DNA from: Octopus sinensis
Lineage: Eukaryota
Direction of reading: 5' to 3'
NCBI RefSeq assembly: GCF_006345805.1
Contig: NC_042997.1
Span: 8,556,001 to 8,620,000, forward strand
Length of the DNA stretch: 64,000 nucleotides
Below, in pieces: positions 38,079 to 51,296 of the stretch. Each line of letters opens with the position of its first letter. Positions within the stretch are counted from its first letter, which is position 1. Below the pieces are notes generated by a model. That model searched no databases, was not told the DNA's origin, and worked only from the letters and a program-made list of their open reading frames with translations. Both the position numbers and the translations under genes were made by a program.

Positions 38079-38184
38079 TCATAAATATAACCTTTAAAGG
38101 TATTTTTTTATATGCTGGCCATTGATAGAATTTTTTCAAAAAATTTTATCCTATGTTAGATGTATATATATATATATATATATG

Positions 38185-38640
38185 TTGATGTTGATGTACT
38201 TGACTCAATAGGTCTCCCTACTTTCCAAGGTAAGCACACCAGGTCATTCTGCAATCCAAGGTACTTTGGATGGTCTGGGGCTATGCGAAACTGGTGCAGG
38301 AAATAGCCATGAACTCACATTATTTGTTGGGTCTTTGCAGTCACAGTATTTCTCCAGAGATCCTGGTCTTTCATCATTGCCTCTGTGAGGCCTAACGTTC
38401 GAAGGTCATGCTTGACCGCCTCATCCCATGTCTTCCTGGGTCCACCTCTCCCCCGGATACCTTCAACTGTTTGGGAGTGACACTTCTTCACACATCTCTC
38501 CTCATCCATCCACAGTACATGACCATACCAGCGCAAACGCCTCTCTTGCACACAACATCCGATTCTTATATCCAGCATTTCTCTCACGGTGCTTACACTC
38601 TGTCATGTGTGCAGACTGATATTACACATCCAGCGGATCA
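38185..38640 (-). mobile_element. RTE-clade LINE 3' fragment
   Basis: ORF 38315-38587 VQERRLRWYGHVLWMDEERCVKKC...GRGGPRKTWDEAVKHDL. Confidence 0.9.
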
Positions 38641-38832
38641 TATATACATACAAGTGCAGGAGTGACTGAGTGGTAAGTAGCTTGCTTACCAACCGCATGG
38701 TTCTGAGATCAGTCCTACTGCATAGCATCTCAAGCAAGTGTTTTCTCCTCTCTCTCTCTCACTCTGAGCCATGTGAATGGATTTGGTAAACAGAAACTGA
38801 ATGAAGTCCATCATATATGTGTGTGTGTATGT

Positions 38833-39637
38833 GTGTTATTCTCAATTTGAAGCAATGTATTGGTCCAAGTGCATTTTCCACTATCCAAAGCAGTGCTGGA
38901 ACTCTTGTGAAGTGATGCTATTTAACACTTCCATTGTTTGTCTCCTTCACCTCTTCCACATCTGCAAATTCCGTAGCACCAGCCTTCCTCACCAGGGATG
39001 ACCTTTGAAAACAGGTCCAGATCAACCTCCAACTGTTCCTTCAGTTCACAAAGCATTCAGTTGTGATTGCTTTTGCAGCACAATTTTTGCTGCAACTCTT
39101 TTCATTCGCAATTCCTCACTCTAAATTCATTGGCAGGAGCTCCAGGATACACCAATCATATCAACAAGTTTGTCAATTGTTTGGTGATGGTCCTCCAAGA
39201 TCAGTTCATGAATTTTCATGATGTTTTAATTTGTTTGGGAGGTCAACAGTCTTTCTGAACGTGAGTGGTCTTCAAGTGACAAGTGACCATTCCTAAAGTA
39301 TGAAAAACCACTTGTAAACTTATGTTTTGCTCATGACAGCATCCTTGTAAGCTGTCTGAAGCATGACAACCGTTTTGGATGATGTTTTCCCCAGCAGAAA
39401 ACAGAATTTCATAGAAGCATGAAGTTCCTTCATTTCAGCCATCACAAAAATCAATGAACAAGGGAGATGCACTGCAAAACAAAGACACACCACTTGGCAG
39501 TACAACTTCAGTCAATACTGCCGGTTGGCAGACTGATGCCTGAGGGTCACATCAAGTCGATTTTAGCAGTGGAGACTCGAACTATGATGGGTTTGTCCCA
39601 CAGAGAACATTTCCAGTTACTTTTGAGTACCCCCTTG
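38833..39637 (-). mobile_element. Internally deleted mariner remnant
   Basis: N-terminus MAEMKELHASMKFCFLLGKTSSKTVVMLQTAYKD joined to C-terminal ADVEEVKETTMEVLNSITSQEFQHCF. Right end acttttgagtacccccttg|TA. Confidence 0.8.
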
Positions 39638-39667
39638 TATATACATAAACATATATATACACACATA

Positions 39668-39965
39668 TGGAGGCGCAATGGCCCAGTTGTTAGGGCAACG
39701 GACTCGCAGTTGTAGGATCACGGTTTTGATTCCCAGACCAGGTGTTGTGAGTGTTTATTGAGTGAAAACATTTAAAGCTCCACGAGGCTCTGGCAGGGGG
39801 TGGTGGCGATCCCTGCTGTACTCTTTCGCCACAACTTTCTCTCACTCTTTCTTCTGTTGGCTGCACGCTTAGCCAGTGGGGCGGCATCATTTGAAGGTTA
39901 AAACAATGCAAAGTGCATTGTGACCAGCAATGTCTAGCAACATCTGATAGCCTGGTCGGTCACTG
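39668..39965 (+). mobile_element. SINE family C (tail 1)
   Basis: ggaggcgcaatggcccag...gattcccagacc; same structure as 48075. Confidence 0.85.
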
Positions 39966-40587
39966 TGATATGCACACATAGTTGCATATATCTATGTGTA
40001 CACATAAATGTATGTGTGCATGTATCTCTCTCCATGTCTTAATTCTGATACTTGGAGAATAATGATAGAGTCCCTCATTATCCACCAAAAAAAAAAATGC
40101 TCACAATAAACTGTAGAATAGTAATTTAATGCCATGCAGGTGGAGAATAAAATATCTTACTTGAAAAGGTGAGGGTTAGAATTAGGAAAGGTACTTGGCC
40201 ATAGAATACTGCATTAGTAAGTTTCACTCAACCAATGCTAGTTTAAAAAAGGGTAGCTGTAAAGATATTGACACTCATAATGATAGTCACATACATGCAC
40301 TAATACACTCATACACGCACACTAAGTGAAAGACTCAGTACATATTCTAAGTAACACGTTGCGCCTGATCTTTAAAGCTTTAATTGACTGATGTTCATGC
40401 TGTTAGTGATATCAAGTTACAACATGAAACATCAAGTTACAACATGAAATATTTACACCATTGTCTATTGTTGAATAAAACTAATTAAGATGTAGAATTT
40501 TTCTTTTAAATAATTTAAAAGTGGTCTTTTCTATCATGTGTGTTTGGGCAGTGATCAGCACTTTCTGCTAGCAAAACATTTATGATA

Positions 40588-40805
40588 TATGACGGAGTGT
40601 TGAAAAGTTCCTGGTTTGGATAAAAGAAAATACAAGCAGGCTAGTTAATTATGATTTTATTCAACATATCCCCTCTCAGATTCACACACCTATTGCTGCA
40701 GTCCTTCAGTTTTCTAAACCATGTAAAAGAACTTGGAAGTTTGGGCCTCTAACCAGGCCTTTCAAGATGTCCTTAAAACCAGTAACTTTACGGCACTCAA
40801 TCATA
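40588..40805. mobile_element. Mariner-type MITE (~218 bp)
   Basis: 30-bp imperfect TIRs beginning and ending in TA: tatgacggagtgttgaaaagttcctggttt versus revcomp tatgattgagtgccgtaaagttactggttt (24/30). Confidence 0.75.
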
Positions 40806-42289
40806 TATGTATACACATGCATGTGCACATACACATAAGCATATATATGTGTGTGACCTATACTGAGTAGCCCTCAGCCACAAAGTTATAAAAAAGGAAT
40901 AGTGAACCAACAACCTACTAAGAATAGTAGCTGAATCGCCCTCCAATTATCACCCTATTGTCTTAAAACTTCAAGGACAGATTAGGAATTGTAGTACCAG
41001 ATAGATTAAAAGATAGTTTGGTCATGGTTGGAAGCATTTGATAATAGATCTGCTCATTCAAAGGTGGTATTAGACTAAACAGCAACAATACCATCACCAC
41101 CACCCTCAGCAGCAGAAGCAGCAACAGCAGCAGCAACAACAACAACATAACATATCATAATAGCTGTTTTGATCTATTGTTTGACATGCTTCAACCAATT
41201 AGCATAATTTTATGTAAATGTAAAGAAGACAATAAACAATAGAACATCAGAATAAATTCTGGTCCTGTAAAGCAAGTACCAAACAATTTTAGAAAAACTG
41301 CTTCAGCATTTATCTTGAATAGATGAGCATTTAGGAAACTGTTTGTGTAAAATTAATGTTTTATATTATGCTTTTCATTTTTAAATGTTACTAACATCTA
41401 TTAATTTTGCTATTAACTTCTATATCCGAGCTGAATCAAACCACATTTTAATGCCTGTAGCATGCTACTACTTATGAACATAAAATGTTATGCTAACTTA
41501 ACATGATTTGGTCATTACCAAGACAGCCAAAGCCATTGAGTTCTCATTAGATGCTTATAGATTTGTATAGTTTACTGATACAAACAGCAATGGTAGCTTT
41601 GTGGTTATGATGGGTGTTCTGTTAACATGCTGTATAGTGTTCAAATATTTCAGAAAAGCCAAGTGTAAAAGGTCAGAAATCTCATCAGTAGAAGCTGTGT
41701 TTACAGTATAAATTTAGAAATCCAATGAGAGGATATGTGTTCAAATATTATCCACTTTTAATTCTTGTATAAAAAAAACACCATAATTCTTTATTTAGTT
41801 TCTGCACAGTTCCTAACTATGCAACTTTATTGACAAGTCTCAGTTTCACCAGTAACTGGTAGAAGAAACTAGCTTAAAATGCCACAGAGGGAGAATAATT
41901 CAGAGAACATAATAATTATGAGGAAAATTTCTTAGCCACAGCCATGCCTGCATTCATGTTCCATCATAATCAACTTCTATAACTCACCAAATTACTAGAA
42001 TTGTCAACTGAAGATTTCATACTCATGTAGCTTCTTAACCTGCCACATGGTTTAACACCATAACAAGGCACTTTAGGCATCTTTAACAGAGTCCACTTTG
42101 CAAGCATTCAATATAGGCTTGCAATTTGAGGATAGTTTTTTCCCTCTCAAAATTAATGTTGAGAACACTAGAATATGTCATGAGAATTTGTCTATCTTTC
42201 TGACTAAAAGTTTGAAAAATAAACTCTCTGTCTGGCATGCCACATAGAAAGCAACAATGTAAAAAATACCCATCCTCATGCCACATAAG

Positions 42290-42570
42290 GAGCACCCATG
42301 CTAGCACCATGTTAAAAGGCATCTATGCTGGTGTCACATAACTAGGTTGCATGCCAGGGTCACATAAAAAACACTCATGCCAGCACCATATAGAAAGCAC
42401 CCAGTACACTCTGTAAAGTGGGTGGCATTAGGAAGGGTTTCCAGTCATAGAAGCCATGCCAAAATAGACAACTGGGGCCTAGTGCAGCCCTCAGGCTTTC
42501 CAGCTCCTGTCAAACCATCCAACCTATACCAGCATGGAAAGCAAACATTAAATGATGATGATGATGATGG
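42290..42570 (+). mobile_element. RTE-type LINE 3' UTR fragment
   Basis: ggtggcattaggaaggg...ccagcatggaaagcaaacattaaat(gat)n. Confidence 0.75.
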
Positions 42571-42934
42571 TGGTGGTGGTCGTGGTGGTTTTAGTAGCAT
42601 CAGGGTTTATAGAGCATCATTAAATGCCACACCATATCCAGCTGCAGACAGTTTTGTCTCTCATCCTTTCAGTAGTGGATTAAGAGGTACTAATCCTAGG
42701 CAATGGGTTGGCAGAACTATAATTACATCAGATGCCTTGTAATATTTGTTCCTGCTCTTTGTGTCCTCAGTTCAAATCCTGCCATGGCCTATTTGGGTGG
42801 AAGACTTCATTCATTTCCCAGTTTGACATCACTGCTAGGCACCTTAGGTGCTTTTAGCAGAGTCTACATTGTTGCAAACAATCAGGTTAGGCCTCCTATG
42901 TGAGGATAGTAAAAAAGTAAAAGTTCCTTCCCTA

Positions 42935-43275
42935 GTCATATAGGCCCGCTTTTCTGGTTTTCATAGCATGTATATTTCCTTCCTGGACAGGATCCAATCC
43001 ATCACAGGATTACTTAGTACCTCTTAATCCACTACTGAAATGACGAGAGACAAAACTGTCTGCAGCTGGATATGGTGTGGCATTTTAATGATGCTCTATA
43101 AACCCTGGTACCACTAAAACCACCACCACCAACAGCACCAGCTGAGTGGATTGGAGCAACATGAAATGAAATGCTTTTCTCAAGAACATATCACATCACC
43201 CAGTCCAGGAATCAAAACCACAATCTTATGATCATGAGTCCAACGCCCTAACCACTGTGCCACTTGTCTCCACTG
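42935..43275 (-). mobile_element. SINE family D interrupted by a 123-bp inverted local copy
   Basis: SINE sequence resumes on both sides of 43015-43137. Confidence 0.8.
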
Positions 43276-43484
43276 TGTGAGGATACCTTCCTGTAAATGG
43301 TCATATGTTTTACCTAGTTGTATGTTCTCCTAATTAAAGGGGTACCAATGATTAAGTGCTTGCTTTGCCACTCTGGCATTTCTTAAAGAGTTTTCTGAAA
43401 CAATGTTTTATGACAAGATGTCATTCCCGATGCCAACATTTTAGTTGCCTCTTATGACATGAAGGGAAGCACCCTACTTACTTG

Positions 43485-43790
43485 TGGAGGCACATGGCCT
43501 AGTTGTTAGAGCAGCGGACTCGCAGTCAAGGAATCGCGGGTTCAAATCTCAGACCGGGCGATGTGTGTGTTTATGGGCGAAACACCTAAGCTCCACGCAG
43601 CTCCGGCAGAAGGTAATGGTGAACTTCTGCTGACTCTTTCGCCACAACTTTCTCTCACTCTTTCCTCCAGCATCTTGCAGTTCACCTGTGATGGACTGGT
43701 GTCCTGTCCAGGTGGGGAACCTATACACCAAAGAAACCGGGAAACCGGCCCTTATGAGCCACGTATGGCTCAAGAAGGAACAAACATATA
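43485..43790 (+). mobile_element. SINE with family C head and family D-type tail
   Basis: Head matches 48075. The tail gatggactggtgtcctgtccaggtgggga...gaaaccggcccttatgagcc matches 25255/57635. Confidence 0.8.
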
Positions 43791-44406
43791 ACTCTACTTA
43801 CTTGCCTGTTCTAAGGTCAGAATACACACAGTAAACTACAAGTTAAAAATCATTCAGCGACATTGAAATATCTATAGTGGTTAGCTGTATAAGTTGGCTG
43901 TATAAGTTAAGCAAATAAATGGACCTGGTTTTATATGCGAGTTAAATATCATACCTTTCAGCATAACAAGGAGAACCAGCACTAGGCTCTGAACCATGAA
44001 CCATTCATCCATCCAATCTCTAAACATATCTCATTTTTACATTAAATCCATACCTTTCTATGATGATAAGTGGTTTAAAAGCACAAATAAATATTGTTTA
44101 TCTTCAGTGAAAAATTTATAGGCCTTCCTTAACACTGTGGTAGACTGCAAACATGTTTTATTTTAATTTCAATGATAAGGATTATTTGTTTTGTTTTCTG
44201 TTAAATATTATTAAACTATTTTATATAAACTTTGTAGGGGATTGTTAAACATCTTTCAGAAAATGACATGTTAAATTTGATCGCATTAATTCTTGCCTTT
44301 GACAGCTTTTCCCATATCTATTTCTCCATCAACAAAATTTATTTCACTTTGTCGTTATTGAATTTTATTTTGCTGAGAGATACTGCTATACTACAACTAC
44401 AATTGA

Positions 44407-44409
44407 TGA

Positions 44410-44472
<63 letters not shown>
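44407..44472. repeat. (AAT)n microsatellite
   Basis: Directly visible. Confidence 0.95.
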
Positions 44473-44994
44473 CTAAGTTTTCAACTCACGAGTAGATTGA
44501 CATATATTTCTCTATATACTTCACTAGCATTTTGTTTTCTTTCATTTAAACTTTGAAATACAATTGAAAATATAATATAATGATTATAATTTGCCCAATG
44601 TGATTTCTTTTTACCATTTTATTGTTATTTATATTGTTGCCTTCTTTCTTTTTTTTCTTTGCAAAGATTTTGATAAATTCGAATTAATATATAAAAATAT
44701 ATTTTCATCATTCAGTTTCTTTAAGAAATACTTTATTCGACGCATCTACTTTGTGAGGAAAATAAATTGATGAAGTTTGACATAGGTAAAAAAAAAAGAA
44801 AAGAGAAACAGGGCTAACATAAAAAGAAAGAATAAAGAATGACTATAATGGTCGTCGTCATAGTTGTCGGCATTGTAGTAGGCATCATCGGCAGAGCTGT
44901 TGTCATCATTTAGCGTTTTATAAATTGTTCTGGGTATGAGTTTGAAATTTGTCTCAGTTGTTATAAAATAAGATGCCAAAAACATTTCACAGAT

Positions 44995-45031
44995 ATAGTA
45001 TGTGTATATGTATATGTATATATATATGTAC

Positions 45032-45066
<35 letters not shown>

Positions 45067-45146
45067 TGTATGTATGCATGTATGTATGTGTGTGTGCATT
45101 TGTATGTATGCATATACACACATATCTATATATATGTGTGTGTATG

Positions 45147-45186
<40 letters not shown>

Positions 45187-45231
45187 CATATAATATATAT
45201 ACATATATATATATACATATATATGTGTATA

Positions 45232-45273
<42 letters not shown>

Positions 45274-45343
45274 TATATATATATATATACGTATATAAAT
45301 ATATATATTTATATATATATATCGGTATATATATATATATACG

Positions 45344-45386
<43 letters not shown>

Positions 45387-46262
45387 ATATATCTATCTAT
45401 ATATATACATATATAAATATATATATATATATGCACATATATCAAAAACAGAAGCAAAAAAATACCTAAAATACAAAATAAGTAAATAAATTTAAGCAAT
45501 TTTTTGGTGTAGAGTTCTTCATTTATGTTTTATTTATTTTTACCTAAATTTAATTAACATTTTCCTCCCTGGAATTATCATTTCTAAAAATGTTTGATTT
45601 ATAACATATTCTTTGATTGTTATGAGAGCCATTTATTTTGGCTTAAGATAAAATAGCACTCAGTAATGACTCAATTAGTCATTTCTTTGAATATATCATT
45701 AATTTTTCTGTTATTCTTCAACCATTTATTATTTTTTTTTATTTTCTTCATGATGAGGTGTGTGCAGCGGTGTGTATTGCACTATATGTCTTTCTAATAA
45801 AATAAAATAAATTCATTTGAAGAACATATATAGCATTCACTCTCCCTCTACCCCACTTTCTTTCCCTTTTCTGTGTGTGATTATACATACATATGTGTGT
45901 GCTTGTTTGCATATATGTGTGTGTGAGTGTGTGTGTGTGTATATATATATGTATGTATCTATATGTATGTATATATATATGTGTATGTATATATGTATAT
46001 ATATGTATGTATATATGTGTATGTATATCATATGTAAATATATGTGTATATATATATGTGTAAATAAATACACACACACATATATACACATATATATACA
46101 TATATATATGTATATATATTTACGTATATATGTATACATATATGGGCATATATATATATTTATATATATACACACACACAAATTTACATATATGTATAAA
46201 TACATATATGCACACATAAATACTCACACACACACATATATGTGTGTGTGTGTGTGTGTGTG
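44995..46262. repeat. Compound (TA)/(TATG)/(TG) microsatellite field
   Basis: Directly visible. It accounts for all the YI/CV/HT-repeat ORFs here. Confidence 0.9.
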
Positions 46263-46802
46263 AATGCGTGAGTGCATCAATTTTGTATAAATAGACATAC
46301 TGCAAAACATATGCAAATTATTCTTAATGAATTGAAATTCTATTCTCAGTTGAAGAAAGTCAATATATAGCTGCATCCGTTAGTGACTCACAAAGTAAAG
46401 AGGAGATAATTTCAATAAATTAGGAATTAAATTAATTTCAAAAAAATCCAATTCTCTTGCTTACAAGATAATCTGATATTTTTTTGATAAGAACAACGAC
46501 AGCTAAAGATACGGTCCAGTTTAATTTTACCTCTTTAGCAAAGCTGAAACAACATAAACCCATTTGATCAAGAAGAATTTTACATATCATCAAAAGGTTA
46601 TGAATAGTTTGTAGTGTGTCATAATTTGCATAGAAGCACCTGTACGTCACTTTTATTATTCTAAATGCACTTCTCTCTTGTAACATTTTTGTACTCTCTC
46701 ATGCACTTACTTGTGATCCTAAACACTTCAGGCTACTGATCCTCATATTGCAGAACATGTGCAAATCTCTTCCTTTGCTGCTTTACTCTTAGCCAAGTAT
46801 AT

Positions 46803-47032
46803 ATTTCTTTATTGCCCACAAGGAGCTAAACACAGAGGGGACAAATAAGGACAGACAAAGGGATTAAGTCGATTACATCGACCCCAGTGCGAAACTGGTA
46901 CTTCATTTCACGACCCTGAAAGGATGAAAGGCAAAGTCGACCTTGGCGGAATTTGAACTCAGAACGTAACGACAGACGAAATACTGCTAAGCATTTCGCC
47001 AGGCACGCTAATGTGTCTGCCAGCTCGCCACC
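46803..47032 (-). mobile_element. SINE family A
   Basis: 18-bp TSD actcttagccaagtatat at 46785-46802 and 47033-47050. Confidence 0.95.
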
Positions 47033-47054
47033 ACTCTTAGCCAAGTATATCACT

Positions 47055-47970
47055 TGCCTAACTTCCTTTGTAACTATTTGATAAAGCCCTCTATTATCAC
47101 TTTCGCTACTAGGTGTTCCATTACTGTCTTTTGGCCTTTACCAACCTATCAAGTGTTTCATTCCATCACCACAGCACCTCTGGTTCTGCTGGGACTTTGC
47201 TCCAACCATTTGTCAAATCTTAAGTTGCTTATTTTAGAGAAAATTCCAGTTGTTGACTATCCTACAGTTATCAAAATCTTTCCTCCTACAATCATACATA
47301 TCAATTAGAATTTCTCTAAACTTTGTGCCCTATTGTGAGATATTTTAGTGTCCATGTCTTCTTTCTCTATATTGTCTTTTGTTTCTGTATCTACCCAGCT
47401 CTGATTGTTAAGTCACTAACCACTAATTTATGCTGGGTAACACATTTTTGCCAGGTGAGATTTTCTTATTTATGATGGCCCATTTGTTCCATTTCCTAAA
47501 GGGAATGACTCCTACCTGACTCTAGAATTCACCAGATTGCTAGGTGATGAGGTCATTTTCTGGTGTCCTGAAATGCGTGTTGCAAATTGTTAGATCAGTT
47601 GCATCACTGCATACAAGAAGCCTTACACCCCACTTATTTCTTGTACCATATCTCTAGTCTTCATATATGTCATAGAAGCTATCATTATGTCAACCAACGT
47701 GTTTGATGTCCACTAGCCATGATAATGAAATTGCTGTCAGGTGTCATTGAGGTAGCTTGCAATCCTTCTGTTCTGTCAATCCTGCCAGTAGGACGTATGC
47801 GGAGATAAGTGTCACTGCTAAATTCTCTGTAACTAATCTTATCTTAATTATCCTATGACATGCCCTAACTACCTCAATTACTTTATCTATCCCTTTCTCA
47901 TCTAAGAGTATTCCTTTCTCAGCTAAGAATGGCAACACATCTGCTGCCACTTTATTCACTCTGAGAAATT
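47055..47970 (-). pseudogene. RTE-clade LINE AP-endonuclease remnant
   Basis: ORF 47744-47959 GILLDEKGIDKVIEVVRACHRIIKIRLV...TLISAY, followed by decayed TDLTICNTHFRTPENDLIT. Confidence 0.75.
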
Positions 47971-48074
47971 TGTATTGCTGTTTCCAGCCTCAGCATACAT
48001 CCACTCGTCTCTCCTCCATCATCACCACACTCTCACCAGACCATACCTTTCATTGTGCCTATATTGGTCACTGC

Positions 48075-48378
48075 AGAGGCGCAATGGCCTAGTGGTTAGG
48101 GCAGCGGACTCGCGGTCGCAGGATCGCGGTTTCGATTCCCAGACTGGGCGTTGTGTGTGTTTATTGAGCGAAAACACCTAAAAGCTCCATGAGGCTCCGG
48201 CAGGGGGTGGTGATCCCTGCTGTACTCTTTCACCACTCTTTCTCCCACTCTTTCTTCTGTTGGCTTGCTCGCTTAGCCAGCGGGGTGGCGTCATTCGAAG
48301 GCTAAAACAATGTGAAGCGCATTGTGACCAGCGATGTGTAACAACATCTGATGGTCTGGTCGGTCACGTGATCACGTG
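48075..48378 (+). mobile_element. SINE family C (tail 1)
   Basis: gaggcgcaatggcctagtggttagggcagcggactcgc...ggtttcgattccc; tail ends ggtcacgtgatcacgtga. Confidence 0.9.
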
Positions 48379-49117
48379 ATATTTGTCATTGCACCCTAAA
48401 GTTTAGAAAGTAGCAGGAAGAGGTGGTAGATGAAGGTGTTGTTTGCTGGTTGGTTGTTGTTTGACAACATCTGTACTAGAGAAGAATTCAAATGCTTGTT
48501 CTGTGGTTTGCCAGCTATTGGAAGATTTACACACATTATCATATTTGTCCTTCCATTTAATTTGCCATCATTCATTTATTCTCCATCACTTGCTGCATAT
48601 GCTACTGTAGGCTCTCTTCATAATTGTTATCAATAAATATTCCTAATGATATTATTATTACTGTTGTTATGGGTGATTGCTGTGATTTTATTACTCTCAT
48701 TAGCTGGGTCATCTGAAAGATCCTGACAGTGAGGAGGAAAGAGTAACTGGAACTGGTACATGAAGCATATGTTCTAAAGGAGGATGAAGACAGTTACAGA
48801 GGTTGTGAGGGTGAAGCTTTTACATATCAGAGGAATAATATAATATAGGATAGATTTCAGGTCTTGGCGATGCTATTGGCAGTAGTGGTAGTTATGGCAG
48901 GATTGGATGGATGCATTTTTGGATGTGCATTACATGGCCCAGAGGATGGTATCTTAGTGAGGGAATATAGCTAGAATGAGAGAGAAACCATATCAAAAAG
49001 AGTGATGCACTACTTGAGAGTAACTAGTGAAAGGAAATATGATAAATAAGAGCGAAAACATACTAAACAGAGCCATTTAACACATTAGTCTATCTGTAGA
49101 GAAGTACTGGATAAATG

Positions 49118-49507
49118 TGGTGGCGCAATGGCCCAGTGGTTAGGGCAGTGGAGTCGCGGTCGTAGAATCGCGGTTTCGATTCCCAGATCGGGCGTTGTGA
49201 GTGTTTATTGAGCGAAAACACCTAAAAGCTCCACGAGGCTCCGGGAAGGGGATGGTGGTGATCCCTGCTGTACTCTTTCGCCACAACTTTCTCTCACTCT
49301 TACTTCCTGTTTCTGTTGTACCTGTATTTCAAAGGGCCGGCCTTAGTCACTCTCTGTGTCACGCTGAATATCCCCGAGAACTACGTTAAGGGTACACATG
49401 TCTGTGGAGTGCTCAGCCACTTACACGTTAATTTCACGAGCAAGCTGTTCCGTTGATTCGGATCAACCGGAACCCTTGCCGTCATAACCGACGGAGTGCT
49501 TCCATCC
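49118..49507 (+). mobile_element. SINE family C (tail 2)
   Basis: Same head as 48075 with a different 3' ~200 bp. 12-bp TSD actggataaatg at 49106-49117 and 49508-49519. Confidence 0.9.
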
Positions 49508-49724
49508 ACTGGATAAATGAATGTGGTAAAAATTATATAGATGAGAAAACAGAAAGTGATTTTTTTTACTCTTAGCATCATTTACTTTTATTGCATGGGC
49601 TGTCTAAAGGAAGCAGAGTGGCTGAAGTAAGGTAGTGTTCTAAAGATAGAGAGGCCATAGAAAACAAAGGGAGAAAGGAGGAGGAGAGGGGGGAAACATT
49701 GTTTTTAGTATATGGGATTGCTAC

Positions 49725-50072
49725 CTGCGTCACCTTACTAGCACTTGCGCTGGTGGCACGTGAAAAAAACATTTGAGCGAGGTCGTTGCCAGTGCCACTG
49801 GACTGGCTCCTGTGCTGGTGGCACACAAAAAGCAGGATTTGAGCGTGGCCATTGCCAGTACCGCCTGACTGGCCCTCGTGCTGGTGACATGTAAAAGCAC
49901 CCACTACACTCTCAGAGTGGTTGGCATTAGGAAGGGCAGCCAGCTGTAGAAACTCTGCCAGATCAGATTGGAGTCTGGTGCAGCGATCTGGTTCGCCAGA
50001 CCTCAGTTAAATCATCCAACCCATGCTAGCATGGAAAGCGGACGTTAAACAATGATGATGATGATGATGATG
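49725..50072 (+). mobile_element. RTE-type LINE 3' UTR with (GAT)n tail
   Basis: Well-preserved match to the reverse complement of 16491-16737. Confidence 0.9.
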
Positions 50073-50578
50073 TGAGTGGGAATGTCTGGCACACAACCCA
50101 AAACATTTCACTGAAATAAAGCAGCAAGAATGAAGAAAAGATTAATAAAGAATGTGATATGTGACCCAGGAATTTTTAGTAAGAGTAATTTTTTTTGACC
50201 ACAACAGATGCATAATTTCTACTTAATAACCAGACCGCTGGGATTTTAAAAATCCACATATTTATAGCTTTCTAAATAACGACATTACTCTAATTACACG
50301 AAAAATTAATATCTAATTTGTAAAGTCAGGCAATGGAACCTCTCATAATAATGTAATTAGTTGCTTGGTTGTTTCTCATTATTGTTTTTTTTCTTTTTTT
50401 TCTTTTACTTTTTATTCATCTTAAATCAGGCTTTTATGTAAGTGTAATCTTGAACATACACACACACTCACACACACACTAACACACATACACACAGAGA
50501 CACACATGCATGCACTCACATAGCTTCATCTTTTTTAATCGTTGGACTATGGCTTTCCTAGGGTACCTCGTTGACTTG

Positions 50579-50628
<50 letters not shown>

Positions 50629-51296
50629 ATACATATATATTTCTCAGTTTTCTAGATATTTGTGATTGGTTAAACTTTTTGGTATTTGATTTGCCCCAAG
50701 AGATCTCTTCTGGTCTTTCGAAGATTTTCCATTTATGAATATCTCATCTTCATATTTTTATACAATATTATTCAACAATCGCTTTCATTTTGATTGTTGT
50801 GTCTTTACCCAAGGTCAGTCCTGATTAAGCAAACCTATGATTAAAGGCAACCTAACTGTAACCGTATCTTTCTTCTGTGTGCCAGGAACTCAGGTTGATG
50901 TTATACAACTCTTCCATTTTTAAGATTCATAGGAAGTGATTTCTAACAGATTAAACAATCTTGTAAAGGATCCCATGTTGTCTTACATACCAATTTTTAA
51001 AATAGCAGGGTATGATATGAGAGAAATTTGGCTGCTATTTTTAGATGCCAGGAGACCATACAGATAATTTTTCTTACTTAGAGTATGGAGGTGTGGACTT
51101 TCATCTCAGTATTTCATTTGATCTTTTGGTAATTTAAATCATCAGATTTCAGTCAAGCTGTTTCATTGGCTTGTGGCTTTAATTGGTCACATCAGTTCTA
51201 CTATTTATTTCATCAATTAGCTAAGTTTTATATTTTTGTAATACAGGGATGTAACTCAATGCACCAGTATACATATGTAAACATATATATATATGC

